A stretch of 64,000 bases of DNA from Candidatus Eiseniibacteriota bacterium. GTDB lineage: Bacteria > Eisenbacteria > RBG-16-71-46 > CAVPCR01. The notes under the pieces were generated by a model. The model searched no databases, was not told the origin of the DNA, and was given only the letters and a program-made list of their open reading frames with translations. Location of the stretch: assembly GCA_963702435.1 (NCBI GenBank), contig CAVPCR010000004.1, positions 128,001-192,000 of the forward strand, read 5' to 3'. Position 1 is the first letter of the stretch. Each line of letters begins with the position of its first letter. Made by a program: the position numbers and the translations under genes. Shown here piece by piece: positions 18,408 to 27,768 of this stretch.

Positions 18408-19282
18408 GCCGATCTCCTGAGCACGCCGCCGAGCGACCACAGGGCGCCGGCGAGGCCGAGGGCGGCGGCGAAGGCCAGGAATCCCGCGATCTCGCGCGGC
18501 TCGAGGAAATGCACCTCGGCGTTCAGGAAGCGCGCCGAGAGACCGGAGGTCGCGATCTTGAGCACGAGGAGCGTGCCGATCGCGGCGAGGAGCGTCTGGG
18601 CCACGCCCTCGACCAGGAACGGCATCCGGATGGTGGTGTTCGTGGCGCCGACCGCCTTCATGATCTCGATCATCTCGCGGCGGGCGAGCACGGTGAGGCG
18701 GATGGTCGAGTTGACGGCGAAGGCTACCGCGAGACCGACCAGGATCGCGGTCAGGAGCTCGGCGAGACGCAGGGTGAGGAGCGCCTTGTCGAGACGCTGG
18801 AGCCACTCGCCGCCGAAGCGCACGTCCTCCACGCCTTCGAGGGCGCCCGCGGCGGCGGCGATCTCCTCGATGCGGGCGGCGGTCGCGGCGCCCGGCGCGA
18901 GCTCGACGCGGAAGGAGGCCGGGAGCGGGTTGTAGCCGAGCGCCTCGACCAGGTCGTAGCGGCCGGCGTCGGCGCGGAAGGCGGCGAGCGCCTCGTCCTT
19001 CGAGATGTAGCGCACGCTGTCCACACCGGCCGTGGCACCGAGCGCGCTCGCGATCGCATCGCGCTTGGCGGCCGCGAGGCGGTCGGCGAGGTAGACGTCG
19101 ATGACCCTCCGGTTTTCGAGCGAGCGCACGCTCCGCTCGATGTTGGATGTGATGAGGAGCGTGATGGCGAGCACGAGGAGCGAGGCCGAGATCGAGAGGA
19201 TCGCGGCGATCATGAGCGCCGGGTGGCGGCGGGCCGAGGCGAACCCCTCGCGCGCCAGGTAGAGGAAGCCGCGCGGGCTCAT
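18404..19282 (-). CDS. ftsX: Cell-division ABC permease FtsX (in frame with upstream ftsE)
   Basis: YISKDEAL, NPLPASF, STIRLTVLARREMIEIMKAVGAT, PFLVEG; GGAG upstream of ATG 19282. Confidence 0.9.
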   Translation of the reverse strand: MSPRGFLYLAREGFASARRHPALMIAAILSISASLLVLAITLLITSNIERSVRSLENRRVIDVYLADRLAAAKRDAIASALGATAGVDSVRYISKDEALAAFRADAGRYDLVEALGYNPLPASFRVELAPGAATAARIEEIAAAAGALEGVEDVRFGGEWLQRLDKALLTLRLAELLTAILVGLAVAFAVNSTIRLTVLARREMIEIMKAVGATNTTIRMPFLVEGVAQTLLAAIGTLLVLKIATSGLSARFLNAEVHFLEPREIAGFLAFAAALGLAGALWSLGGVLRRSA

Positions 19283-20026
19283 GCCCCGGCTCCGGCCCAG
19301 CAGGCAGGCACCGGCACCGGCACCGGCCCCGGCTCTCGATCCCGCCGCGGCGGGGCGGAGCGGCCGCGCGAGCTCGCGCACGATGCCGCTCTCCATGTGG
19401 ACGAGACGATCGCGGTGGGGGTCGGCGCGGCCCGGGTTGTGCGTGACGAGGATGATGCCGGTGCCCGCCAGATGAACCTCGCGGAGGAGCGCGAACAGCT
19501 CGTCTCCGGCCCGCGGGTCGAGATTCCCCGCCGGCTCGTCGGCCAGCAGGTAGAGCGGATCAAGGACGATGGCACGGGCGAGCCCGACTCGCTGCTGCTC
19601 GCCGCCCGAGAGCTCGAGCGGGCGCGCGTGCCGGCGGTGGGCGAGGCCGACCCGGTGGAGAGCCCGGAGCGTGCGCTCCTTGATCGCGCGCGGATGGTCG
19701 ACGCCGGTGATGCGAAGCGCGAACGCCACGTTGTCGTAGATCGTGCGGTCCTTGAGCAGCTTGAAGTCCTGGTAGATCACCCCGAGCTGGCGGCGGAGCT
19801 GCGGGACATCGCGGCTCTTGAGCGCCGAGCTCCGGAACGACTCGACGATGACCTCGCCGCGGTCGGGCAGGACCTCGAACGTGATCGCCTTGAGCAGCGT
19901 CGACTTGCCGGCGCCACTGGGGCCGGAGATGACCACGAACTCGCCGCGGTCGACGCTCAGGCAGACGTCGTCGAGCGCGACATGTCCGCCGTGATACGAC
20001 TTCGAGGCATGAACGAAGTGGATCAT
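19283..20026 (-). CDS. ftsE: Cell-division ATP-binding protein FtsE; as given it has no in-frame stop and reads into ftsX
   Basis: GPSGAGKST, GVIYQDFKLL, LSGGEQQRV, LADEP. ATG 20026 is coupled to the pdxA stop. Confidence 0.88.
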
Positions 20027-21279
20027 CGCGGGCGCCGGGGGGCGCCGGCATCTCCTCCTGCCTTCCAGGTCCAGTCGATGCGGCCGGGAGCGAGCCGGCC
20101 CGCCATGCGTCCGGCCATGCGCAGCGCGGCGACCATGCTCTCCTCGCTGGCCACGCCTTGCCACGCGATGTCGGGTGCCGTGCCGTGCTCGACCGACGTG
20201 CGCAGGAAGGGGATGCCGAGACTCAGGTTGACCACCTTGCCGCGGCCGAGAGCGCGCACCGGCGCGAGCCCCTGGTCGTGGTACATCGCGATGACGACGT
20301 CGAACTCCTCGTTCACCGCGCGCATGAACACGGTGTCTCCGGAGAAGGGGCCGTGCACGTCGATGCCGCCGGCGCGCGCTTCCTCGATCGCCGGGCGGAT
20401 CCGCTCCGTCTCCTCGGTGCCGACGCGACCGGATTCGCCGCAGTGCGGGTTGAGCGCGGCGACGGCGAGGCGCGGCTGCCGCCGGGCGAAGAACTTCTGC
20501 ATCGCGATCTGGGTGAGCTCGACCACGTCGACCACCCGCGCCTTGGTCACCGTGCGCGCCACCTTCGAGAGCGGCACATGCGTGGTGACGAGGGTGACGC
20601 GGAGCCGCGGCGAGATGAACATCGGAACACAGCGCTTCGCCTCGCATAGACTGGCCAGGAACTCGGTGTGGCCGGCGAAGGCGATGCCGAGGTCGAGGAA
20701 CGCCTCCTTGGAGATGGGAGCGGTCGTGATCGCGCGCACCTTGCCGTTGAGGGCGAGCTTGGCGGCGAGGCGCACCGCGGCGGCGGCGGCGCGGCCGGTG
20801 GTCGAGGAATGCGCGCCGGGGACGACGCGCTTCAGGTCGGCCCCGAACGCGTCCACCAGGTAGAGCACCGAGGTGTCGAACTCGGACGGTGCGTCCTCGA
20901 TCGCGATCGGGCGCACCTTCATGTGCGTCGCGAAGCGCCGGCAGGCCTCCTGCATGATCTCGCGCCCGCCGATGACGACCGGGCGGCAGTCCTTGAGGCA
21001 CTCGCCGCCGTGAATCGCCTTGACCACGACCTCGGGGCCGATGCCCGCGGGGTCGCCCATGGTGACGGCGACGAGCGGGGGCGGCTCGCGGCGCGGGCGG
21101 GCGGTGAAGTGCGGCTCGGGCTCGACGTCGAGGATCGATTCGATCTCGCGGGACGAGCGGGTCGCCGTGCCGGTGCCGCCACCGCCGCGCTCGGAGCCGG
21201 AGTGACCGCGGGTTGCGTCACCGGCAGTCGTGACGTGGGGCGCGAAGCGGCCGGGTCGCCGGCGCCTGGTCTCAGCCAT
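20023..21279 (-). CDS. pdxA: 4-hydroxythreonine-4-phosphate dehydrogenase PdxA family, with a long N-terminal extension
   Basis: TMGDPAGIGPE, TAPISKE, GHTEFL, LNPHCGE, AMYHDQG, RTSVEHGTA. Confidence 0.92.
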   Translation of the reverse strand: MAETRRRRPGRFAPHVTTAGDATRGHSGSERGGGGTGTATRSSREIESILDVEPEPHFTARPRREPPPLVAVTMGDPAGIGPEVVVKAIHGGECLKDCRPVVIGGREIMQEACRRFATHMKVRPIAIEDAPSEFDTSVLYLVDAFGADLKRVVPGAHSSTTGRAAAAAVRLAAKLALNGKVRAITTAPISKEAFLDLGIAFAGHTEFLASLCEAKRCVPMFISPRLRVTLVTTHVPLSKVARTVTKARVVDVVELTQIAMQKFFARRQPRLAVAALNPHCGESGRVGTEETERIRPAIEEARAGGIDVHGPFSGDTVFMRAVNEEFDVVIAMYHDQGLAPVRALGRGKVVNLSLGIPFLRTSVEHGTAPDIAWQGVASEESMVAALRMAGRMAGRLAPGRIDWTWKAGGDAGAPRRPR

Positions 21280-21991
21280 GGTGCGTCCACTCGAGCGCGG
21301 GGGCCGACGCGGTGTCCCCGGCGGCGGAGGTGGTCGCGGCGGCGGTGGCGTCGCCGGCGGCGACAGTGGTCGCGGCGGACCGCAGAAAATCGCGCAGCAG
21401 CTTCATGTGCTCCCACATGATCCGCTTCTTCGACGGGTCGCGCAGGAGAAAGGCCGGATGGTAGAGCACCATGAACTGGATCCCCGGATATCGCTTGAGC
21501 GTGAAGAAGCGGCCGGCTTCCTCCTCCATGGTAAACTCCCCGCGCGCGGGGTCGATCCACTTGAGCGCGACGGCGCCGAGGAGGAGAACGACGCGCGGCT
21601 TGACGAGTTCGATCTGGCGCTCGAGATAGGGGAGGCAAGCCTCCGCCTCCGCCGAGGTCGGCGAGCGGTCGATGGCGGGCTTGCACTTGGCGACGTTCAC
21701 GATGAGGGCATCGCGGTTCGAGTCGAGGCCGATCGAGGCGAGGATCTTGTCGAGCATCTCGCCGGCGCGGCCGACGAAGGCGAGCCCGGTCGCATCCTCG
21801 TTCTCGCCCGGGCGCTCGGAGATGACGAGGAGCGGCGCCTCCGGATTGCCGCGATCGACGACGATGTGGGCGCGGCTGTCGGCGAGCTCGCAGCGGCGGC
21901 AGTTGTAGGCGCGGAGTCGCTCGGCGAACTCGGCGTAGGTGGGCGCGGCCAGGATGGCGTTGCGTTCCTGATCGAAGATGTCGATCTGCAT
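21272..21991 (-). CDS. Uracil-DNA glycosylase family 4 (Fe-S type)
   Basis: CRRC, SERPGENED (GEAPG variant), FVGRAG, NVAKCKP, EACLPYL, YHPAFLLR. Confidence 0.9.
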   Translation of the reverse strand: MQIDIFDQERNAILAAPTYAEFAERLRAYNCRRCELADSRAHIVVDRGNPEAPLLVISERPGENEDATGLAFVGRAGEMLDKILASIGLDSNRDALIVNVAKCKPAIDRSPTSAEAEACLPYLERQIELVKPRVVLLLGAVALKWIDPARGEFTMEEEAGRFFTLKRYPGIQFMVLYHPAFLLRDPSKKRIMWEHMKLLRDFLRSAATTVAAGDATAAATTSAAGDTASAPALEWTHHG

Positions 21992-22079
21992 GGGTGCGCT
22001 CGCCTCCGCGCCCTGCTGGTTGCCGGGGCTCTTGCTCCGGCGGAAAGCCAAACGATTGTGAGAGTGGAGTCTAGGCGCT

Positions 22080-23798
22080 GTGGGTGAGGGTGTCAATCGG
22101 CGGCGGGCGCACGGGCGCGATTGCGCGCTCGGTGCGCGCCGCGCGGCGCACGTCCTGGCGCTCTTCCTGGCGCTGAGTTGCGCGCGCCCGCCCGCTCCGG
22201 ACCCCATCTGCTCGCGTCCGGCGCCGGCGCCCGGTGATCCGGCGCGGCTCGCATTCACCGCGCGCGGTCGCGTGTGGATCGCGGAGCGGGCCGCCGGCGG
22301 GGGCGATGACCGGCGCGGCGGTGGGCTCTGGCGGGCCCGGCCGCTCGCGGGCGGCGTGCGGCAGGACCGGCCGGCATGGTTTCCCGACGGGCGCGCGCTC
22401 GCGCTCTCGATGTGGTTTGCGGCCGGGGAGAACGCGGATCTCGCGGTCGTCGCCGGCGGGACGACGACCCGGCTCACGACCACCGTCGCTGCGGAGCTGC
22501 TCGACGATGTGGCGCCCGGCGGGCGGCTCCTCTTCGAGCGGGACGGGCGGCTCGTCGAGATGTCGGATGCGCTCGACCCCGACCGGCGCGCCGAGCGCGT
22601 GCTCACGCGCGGCCGCGACGGCCGCTACACGCCCGGCGGGCGGCATGTCCTCTTCGTGCGCGGGAACGAGAGCGAGCCGCTCGGCCCGTTCCGGGAGGGC
22701 TACCAGGGCGGGGACGACTCCGACCTCTATCTCCTCGATCTCGCGACCCTCGCCGTCACCTCGCTCACCGACTCGCCCGCGAATGATGAGTGCCCGCTCC
22801 CGCTCGACGACGTGGGGCGGCGTTTCATCGTCTGCCGCGAGCGCGGCGGTCCTTACCGGCCGTGGTTCGTGCAGGCGCTGAGCGACCGCATCCATCGAGT
22901 GCGCCGCCTGCCGATGCCGGAGGGCGCCTTCGCGATCCTGTGGCCGGCGGCGCGAGCGTCCGGAGCCGGGGTGGCGGGCGCGGCGGGCGCGGCGGAGATC
23001 GAGCTCGTTGCCGAGGCGGACGGGCACCTCGTCCACACCGTGGGCGCCATCGGGGATACGGGAATGACGTTTGCGCCGGCGACGCTGCTCCGGATCCGGC
23101 TCGCGCCGAGCGGGCTCGATGTCGATGCGGCGCGGAGCGCCGGCGGAGCGCGCTTCGACGAGGTAGCGGCACTGGCCGCAGCGGGGCCGGTGACCGGCGA
23201 GCGCTGGCGCGCGATCCCGGAGCGGGCGCGCCGGCGCGTGCGCGTGGAGATGGAGCGGACAGCGGATCCCGGCGCCGCCGACGACCTTCTCCGGCGTCTC
23301 CTCGGGCGGCTCGGGTTGCCCGGCGTCGACCTCGTATCTGCGAGCAGCAAGCGCACGCCGGTCCGGCCCGACGACGCGCTTGCGGATTCGATCGCGGCCG
23401 TGCTCGGCGCCGGTGCGCCCGCGGTGCTCGATCTGCGCGGTGCGTGCGGCGGTGACGCCGTTCCCGACTCGCTCGCCGCGGCGAGCGCGGCGCGCGGACG
23501 GATCGTCGTGCTGATCGATGAAGAGACCTACGGCAATGCGGAGATTCTTGCGGAGCGGTTGAGGGATCTGGGCGCCGCCCGGCTGGTCGGGCGCCCGACC
23601 GCCGGCGCCGCGGTGCCCACCGCCGCGTATCGGCTCGCCACCGGCGGCACGCTCGTCCTGCCGCGCGCGGTGCGGGCGCCGGGGACCCCCGGCAGCGAAG
23701 GCGTGGTCCCGGACGTCTACGTGCCGCCGCGCGAGGATCCTGCAGCGGAGCCGTGGCTCGCGTCGGCGCTCCGGGCGGCGCGCGGCCGCGGGCGATGA
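22080..23798 (+). CDS. Lipoprotein with TolB/PD40 propeller repeats and a degenerate S41-peptidase-like C-terminus
   Basis: LALSC lipobox-like motif; PAWFPDG; YQGGDDSDLY (tricorn-like); VLDLR, VVLIDEETYGNAE, LVGRPTAG, EGVVPDVYV. Start uncertain. Confidence 0.7.
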   Translation: MGEGVNRRRAHGRDCALGARRAAHVLALFLALSCARPPAPDPICSRPAPAPGDPARLAFTARGRVWIAERAAGGGDDRRGGGLWRARPLAGGVRQDRPAWFPDGRALALSMWFAAGENADLAVVAGGTTTRLTTTVAAELLDDVAPGGRLLFERDGRLVEMSDALDPDRRAERVLTRGRDGRYTPGGRHVLFVRGNESEPLGPFREGYQGGDDSDLYLLDLATLAVTSLTDSPANDECPLPLDDVGRRFIVCRERGGPYRPWFVQALSDRIHRVRRLPMPEGAFAILWPAARASGAGVAGAAGAAEIELVAEADGHLVHTVGAIGDTGMTFAPATLLRIRLAPSGLDVDAARSAGGARFDEVAALAAAGPVTGERWRAIPERARRRVRVEMERTADPGAADDLLRRLLGRLGLPGVDLVSASSKRTPVRPDDALADSIAAVLGAGAPAVLDLRGACGGDAVPDSLAAASAARGRIVVLIDEETYGNAEILAERLRDLGAARLVGRPTAGAAVPTAAYRLATGGTLVLPRAVRAPGTPGSEGVVPDVYVPPREDPAAEPWLASALRAARGRGR

Positions 23799-23982
23799 GG
23801 CGCCCGACCCGTGGGCGCACTGCTGCGGGAGGCTCCTGGTCGTGGCGCTCGCAGAAACCGGACCGGACAGGCAGACATCCCCCCGCCTTAGAAACAGCTG
23901 CTTCTTGGTCCTTGTCGCAACCCGCGAAACGTATGACCTTTCAGTTAGAGGGGGGGCCGGTCTCGGGTGTTCGCATCTGGTC

Positions 23983-24012
23983 TAGCAAGGCGAACCGGGT
24001 TCGCCTTCCTAC
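23983..24012 (-). repeat. GTAG-led REP-like palindrome 1
   Basis: AAGGCGAACC-G-GGTTCGCCTT perfect inverted repeat. The minus strand reads GTAG-G-AAGGCGAACC... Confidence 0.55.
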
Positions 24013-24112
24013 GGGGGCGGTTCAACCACGAGTCGGGGGATGGAAAGACGGGCCTTGCAGGGGTTTCCGAGAGGTCGGCGGAGAGGCCCCGGGTGAGCCC
24101 CGGAGCCGGCCG

Positions 24113-24143
24113 AGTTCGCCTTTCCACGCGGAAGGCGGACTAC
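24113..24143 (-). repeat. GTAG-led REP-like palindrome 2
   Basis: Minus strand GTAGTCCGCCTTCC-GCGT-GGAAAGGCGAACT; shares GTTCGCCTT with palindrome 1. Confidence 0.55.
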
Positions 24144-24191
24144 GGTGTGACGCCACGCGTCGCTGATGTTGGAGTTGGCGAAGCACCGGTC

Positions 24192-24223
24192 GTTCGGCCC
24201 CCCTTTCGCAAGGAGGGCCGAAC
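24192..24223 (-). terminator. Stem-loop downstream of the TolB-like gene (possible terminator or third REP-like element)
   Basis: GTTCGGCCCCCCTT-TCGC-AAGGAGGGCCGAAC, about 30 nt past the stop at 24256. No clear U-tract. Confidence 0.45.
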
Positions 24224-24255
24224 TTGTCAAGATTACGGGTTACGGATTCTCATCT

Positions 24256-26211
24256 TCAATGCATCACGACGAGGCGAGCGACGCGCAGGCCGTCGGGTGT
24301 CTCGATCCGGTAGAAATAGACGCCATTGGCGACGACCTGACCATGATCGCCTCTAGCGTCCCAGACCGCGCTGTGTCGGCCGAGCGGCAGTTGCTCGTCG
24401 AGCAACGTCCGCACCAGCCGCCCAGAAACATCGAAAACCCGCACCGTCGTACTCCCCGGGGAAGCCAGCTCGAAGGCAAATGTGCAGCTGTTGGCCATTG
24501 GGTTTGGCGCCACGCCGAGGACACCCGCCGCCGGAGATGGGTGCGGAGCGAAGGGAATGACCGGAATCGAGAGGTCGATCCACCCCGCCGGGACGCGGCG
24601 CTCGGTGTTGAGCCGGAGAGCCGTGTTCCTCGCGTTTGCGTCGTTGCTGGCAATGGCATCGTTGATCTGCCTGGCGATTTGCTGGACCGCCTGACTTGCC
24701 GTCGCCCCGTCCGGGCTCACCACATCGGTCGAACGCAGCCGGTTCGAAGCGACATTGAGCAGGAGCGCGAGGAACTGCTTCTTGGCCCGATTATGCATCG
24801 TGGCGGCACCGCCTGGCGTGAGCGTTGCTTCGATCGCTTCGAGCGTCATTCTGGTCGGCTCATCATCCACCATGAGGAAGGTCACGTTTTCCACGTCGAT
24901 CGAGTTGAGCTGGTTCTCATAGAAGTGCGCGAAGATGAGGTTCGGGTACGTGACGCTCATCGCCTCGAGCGTCTCCTGGGCTTGCCCGTGGCCGCGCAGG
25001 TGCACCCGCGCTTGATGCTTCCAGTAGTTGACCTCGCGCACCGGTCCAGCATCGGGTTGAGTTTCGAGGACGAAGTCCTGCGTCGTCTCCTGCCCCGCCA
25101 TGACGGTGACTTCAGCCATGGCATTTGGTGGATTCACCGCCAGGTAGCCGAGCGGCACGACAAGCGACACCGGGGCCTCCCCCGCGGGGACGTTGTCGAA
25201 ACGGTAGGCCCCATCCGAGTTTGTGAACGCAAACTGGACATGTTGCCCTTCGTCGGCCACCAGGTCTACGGTCACGTTGGCAAGTGGGGTGCTACCCACG
25301 GACACGACTCCTGTGATACTGCCGAGGCCGAGAGGCGGCAGGGTAACAGTCATGACCCAGATGTCTGCATTGCCCGTTCTTCTCGAGAAGAAGGCTATCT
25401 TCGAGCCGTCATGTGACCACGCGGGGCCGCTATCGGCGGCAGGATTGCTCGTGAGCTGAATGGCCGGTCCTCCAGTGGCAGGGACCGCCCAGATGTCATA
25501 GTTGCCGCTGCGCGGGGATGAGAAGGCGATGTAATCGTCGTTTGACCACGATGGCGCGTCATCCGGGCCCGCGTCATTGGTGAGTTGGGTTGGGGTTCCT
25601 CCCAAAGCCGAGACCACCCAGATGTCCCGGTTGCCACTGCGGTCGGACGCGAAGGCGATCTTGCTGCCGTCTGGAGACCACGTCGGCAAGTTGTCCTGAG
25701 CGAGGTCCGTTGTTATCTGGCGGAGGAGCCCACCCGCCGCCTGCATCACCCAGATGTCATCGTTGCCGCCGCGGTTGGACGTGAATGCAATCTCCGTTCC
25801 GTTTGGTGACCAGACCCCGTAAGCGTCATAGGCGGATTCGGTTGTGATCTGCACCGGCAGCGTGCTTGCGTCCGCCGGGATTGCGAAGAGGTCGTTGTTC
25901 TCGGTTTGGTTGGAGTTGTAGATGATGGTTGACCCGTACCATGACGGTGATCCCACCGCCGCCGGATTTCCCTCCCCGTCCCCGTTGATCAGTTGCCAAG
26001 GCGTTCCTCCGGCGGAGGGGATGATCCACAGGCTCTCTTCGTTTCGAGTAAAGACGATCTGGTCGTCGTTCGGTGACCAGGCGGCGTGAAACTCGTCAGC
26101 CGGATCAGTCGTGACCTGATATTCGGCGGCCGCGGCGAGTGAAACACAGAGCACTTGGAGAAGGAGGATCAGAGCGGTGAAAACCGATGGAGACGGCTTA
26201 GATCGACGCAT
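24256..26211 (-). CDS. Secreted TolB/PD40 beta-propeller protein with carboxypeptidase-regulatory-like Ig domain and C-terminal FlgD-Ig-like domain
   Basis: Six PxWSPDGxxIAFxSxRxGNxDIW-type repeats, GSITGVV...TNSDGAYRF, PNPM...FDVSGRLVR...WDARG...GVYFYRI; GGGAGG RBS before ATG 26211. Confidence 0.88.
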   Translation of the reverse strand: MRRSKPSPSVFTALILLLQVLCVSLAAAAEYQVTTDPADEFHAAWSPNDDQIVFTRNEESLWIIPSAGGTPWQLINGDGEGNPAAVGSPSWYGSTIIYNSNQTENNDLFAIPADASTLPVQITTESAYDAYGVWSPNGTEIAFTSNRGGNDDIWVMQAAGGLLRQITTDLAQDNLPTWSPDGSKIAFASDRSGNRDIWVVSALGGTPTQLTNDAGPDDAPSWSNDDYIAFSSPRSGNYDIWAVPATGGPAIQLTSNPAADSGPAWSHDGSKIAFFSRRTGNADIWVMTVTLPPLGLGSITGVVSVGSTPLANVTVDLVADEGQHVQFAFTNSDGAYRFDNVPAGEAPVSLVVPLGYLAVNPPNAMAEVTVMAGQETTQDFVLETQPDAGPVREVNYWKHQARVHLRGHGQAQETLEAMSVTYPNLIFAHFYENQLNSIDVENVTFLMVDDEPTRMTLEAIEATLTPGGAATMHNRAKKQFLALLLNVASNRLRSTDVVSPDGATASQAVQQIARQINDAIASNDANARNTALRLNTERRVPAGWIDLSIPVIPFAPHPSPAAGVLGVAPNPMANSCTFAFELASPGSTTVRVFDVSGRLVRTLLDEQLPLGRHSAVWDARGDHGQVVANGVYFYRIETPDGLRVARLVVMH

Positions 26212-26385
26212 GACTGGCCTCCCATTTTTGAGCACGGGTCGGGCCTCGTCGTCGGGCGGCCTGGATGGGGTGCGGCGCTCGGCAGGCGAGGAAAGCCTAC
26301 TGATTCGCGGGATGCTACTCTGCTGTCGCGCCTTCGGAAAGCGGCATTCGGGCCTTGGTGGCCAGCGCGTGTGCTTGGCGCTCAG

Positions 26386-27542
26386 TCAAATCGGTACGTC
26401 GTGGGAGGCGCTTTCCTTGGTCGTGCGCCGGCGTTTGTCGTAAATCTGGGTCGTCGTGACGTGCCGGTGCCCGAGGAGCTCCTGGACCTTCCGGATGTGG
26501 CCGTGGTCGCCCGAAGCGAATGGGGTGTGTAGACGGCGGCGCGGCGGTCCTCCTCGCCGGCGCCGGCTTCCGCCTCCTCGCGGACGGCCTTCGTCGCCGC
26601 CGGGAGCTGCCTGAGGTACCCCTCGACGAGCCGGTACATCGAGGTGGGGGAGATGCGCCGCTTCCCGAGCTTCAGGCTCCGGGGGTTGAGCCGGGCGCGA
26701 AAGAGCGGCCCTGCGTCGAGCCCGGCCTTACCCGTGTACTCCCGGATGGCCTCCGCGGCGACGAAGTGGATGCCAATGGTCCGGTGGCGGTTTCCCTTCT
26801 CGTTGAGTTTCAGCGTCGCCTCCTCGCCGTCCTCGTGGAAGTCGCCGACGTTGAGCCGACAAGCGGTGCCAATCCGAATCCCGGTGTAGAGGAAGACCTT
26901 GAGGATCGCCCGGTCTCGGGCGGCAAGGACGTCGTCGCCCTTGGGGAGGCCCATGAGCTGGCGCGCCCGGGTGGCCGTGAGCGCCCGGGTCTCCCGAAGG
27001 GCGTCGCTGCCGGTCCGCGCGATGAACTGGGCATGGGCGGGGTTGGGGACCGTGATGGGGAGCCTGAGTTCGGCCGCCGCTGCGGCGAGGTACTTGTAGA
27101 AACTCGAAAGCGACGAGATCCGCCGGTTCAAGGTCTTCGGCGCTCGCCCGAGCTCCTCCATCTCGTCCCGCCAGCCGAGGACATCGGCGACTGAGGCCTG
27201 GAGGAGCTTCCACGAATCCTCCGGCCACCTAAGCCCCGTGCCTCCATCTTCTAGAAGGCGACGCCTCAGAAAGAAGATGAAGTCCATGACGTCTCGCCGG
27301 TAGGCCCGCTGGGTGTGGGCGCTCGAGCGCCGCTGGACCCAGCGCTCGAAGATCTCGGTGACCGAGAGGTAAAACGTCTGGGCACGCCGGGCGGACTCCG
27401 GCGTTCCGAGGCCTGCCAGGACCGGCGGCAGCCGCGGCGCGATGTCCGGGCCGGGCTCTCCCGGAAACGTGTCTCCTGGAGTCCTGGTGCGAGTCGGGGT
27501 ATCGGCCTTCGGTCGGCTCGTCTTGCGGACGCCGTCCTCCAT
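26386..27542 (-). pseudogene. Tyrosine recombinase (XerC/D-like, SAM-like N-domain) with a C-terminal deletion and frameshift
   Basis: TQRAYRRD, RDRAIL...TGIRIG, EKGN, TPHSLRATTA. The conserved IRKVQELLGHRHVTTTQIYDK..SASHDVPI* lies in another frame after about 26497. Confidence 0.85.
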
Positions 27543-27616
27543 GCCTTTCCTGTGGTCAGAAGTCGGCCAGCCGCAGCGGATTCCGGGGGCTCGCCGGGCT
27601 CCCCTGCCGGCTCATG

Positions 27617-27650
27617 ACTACGCATGATAAATTCTGTTATCAGTGCAACT
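27617..27650. other. dif-like tyrosine recombinase core site
   Basis: ACTACGCATGATAA-ATTCTG-TTATCAGTGCAACT: inverted arms ending TGATAA/TTATCA around a 6-bp spacer. An AT-rich patch 75 bp upstream of the recombinase start. Confidence 0.65.
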
Positions 27651-27701
27651 TAAGCGGAATGGGAGCGGCCGAGCAGGTCTGGGGTAAGGGCTCGGCGGGG
27701 C

Positions 27702-27724
27702 ATGTCGATAGCATCTATTGACAT
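27702..27724 (+). promoter_or_regulatory. Putative antitoxin operator overlapping a -35 TTGACA
   Basis: ATGTCGATAG-CAT-CTATTGACAT inverted repeat (1 mismatch) with TTGACA at 27718-27723, upstream of parD. Confidence 0.55.
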
Positions 27725-27768
27725 TTGTTGATACCCGTGCGATCGTAGGCCGAAGGAGCTTCGATGCC

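Noticed and set aside
27725..27746. CCCGTGCGATCG shared with 48605-48616, both near TTGACA
   Set aside because: A 12-mer match is expected by chance in 64 kb of GC-rich DNA, and the spacing to TTGACA differs.
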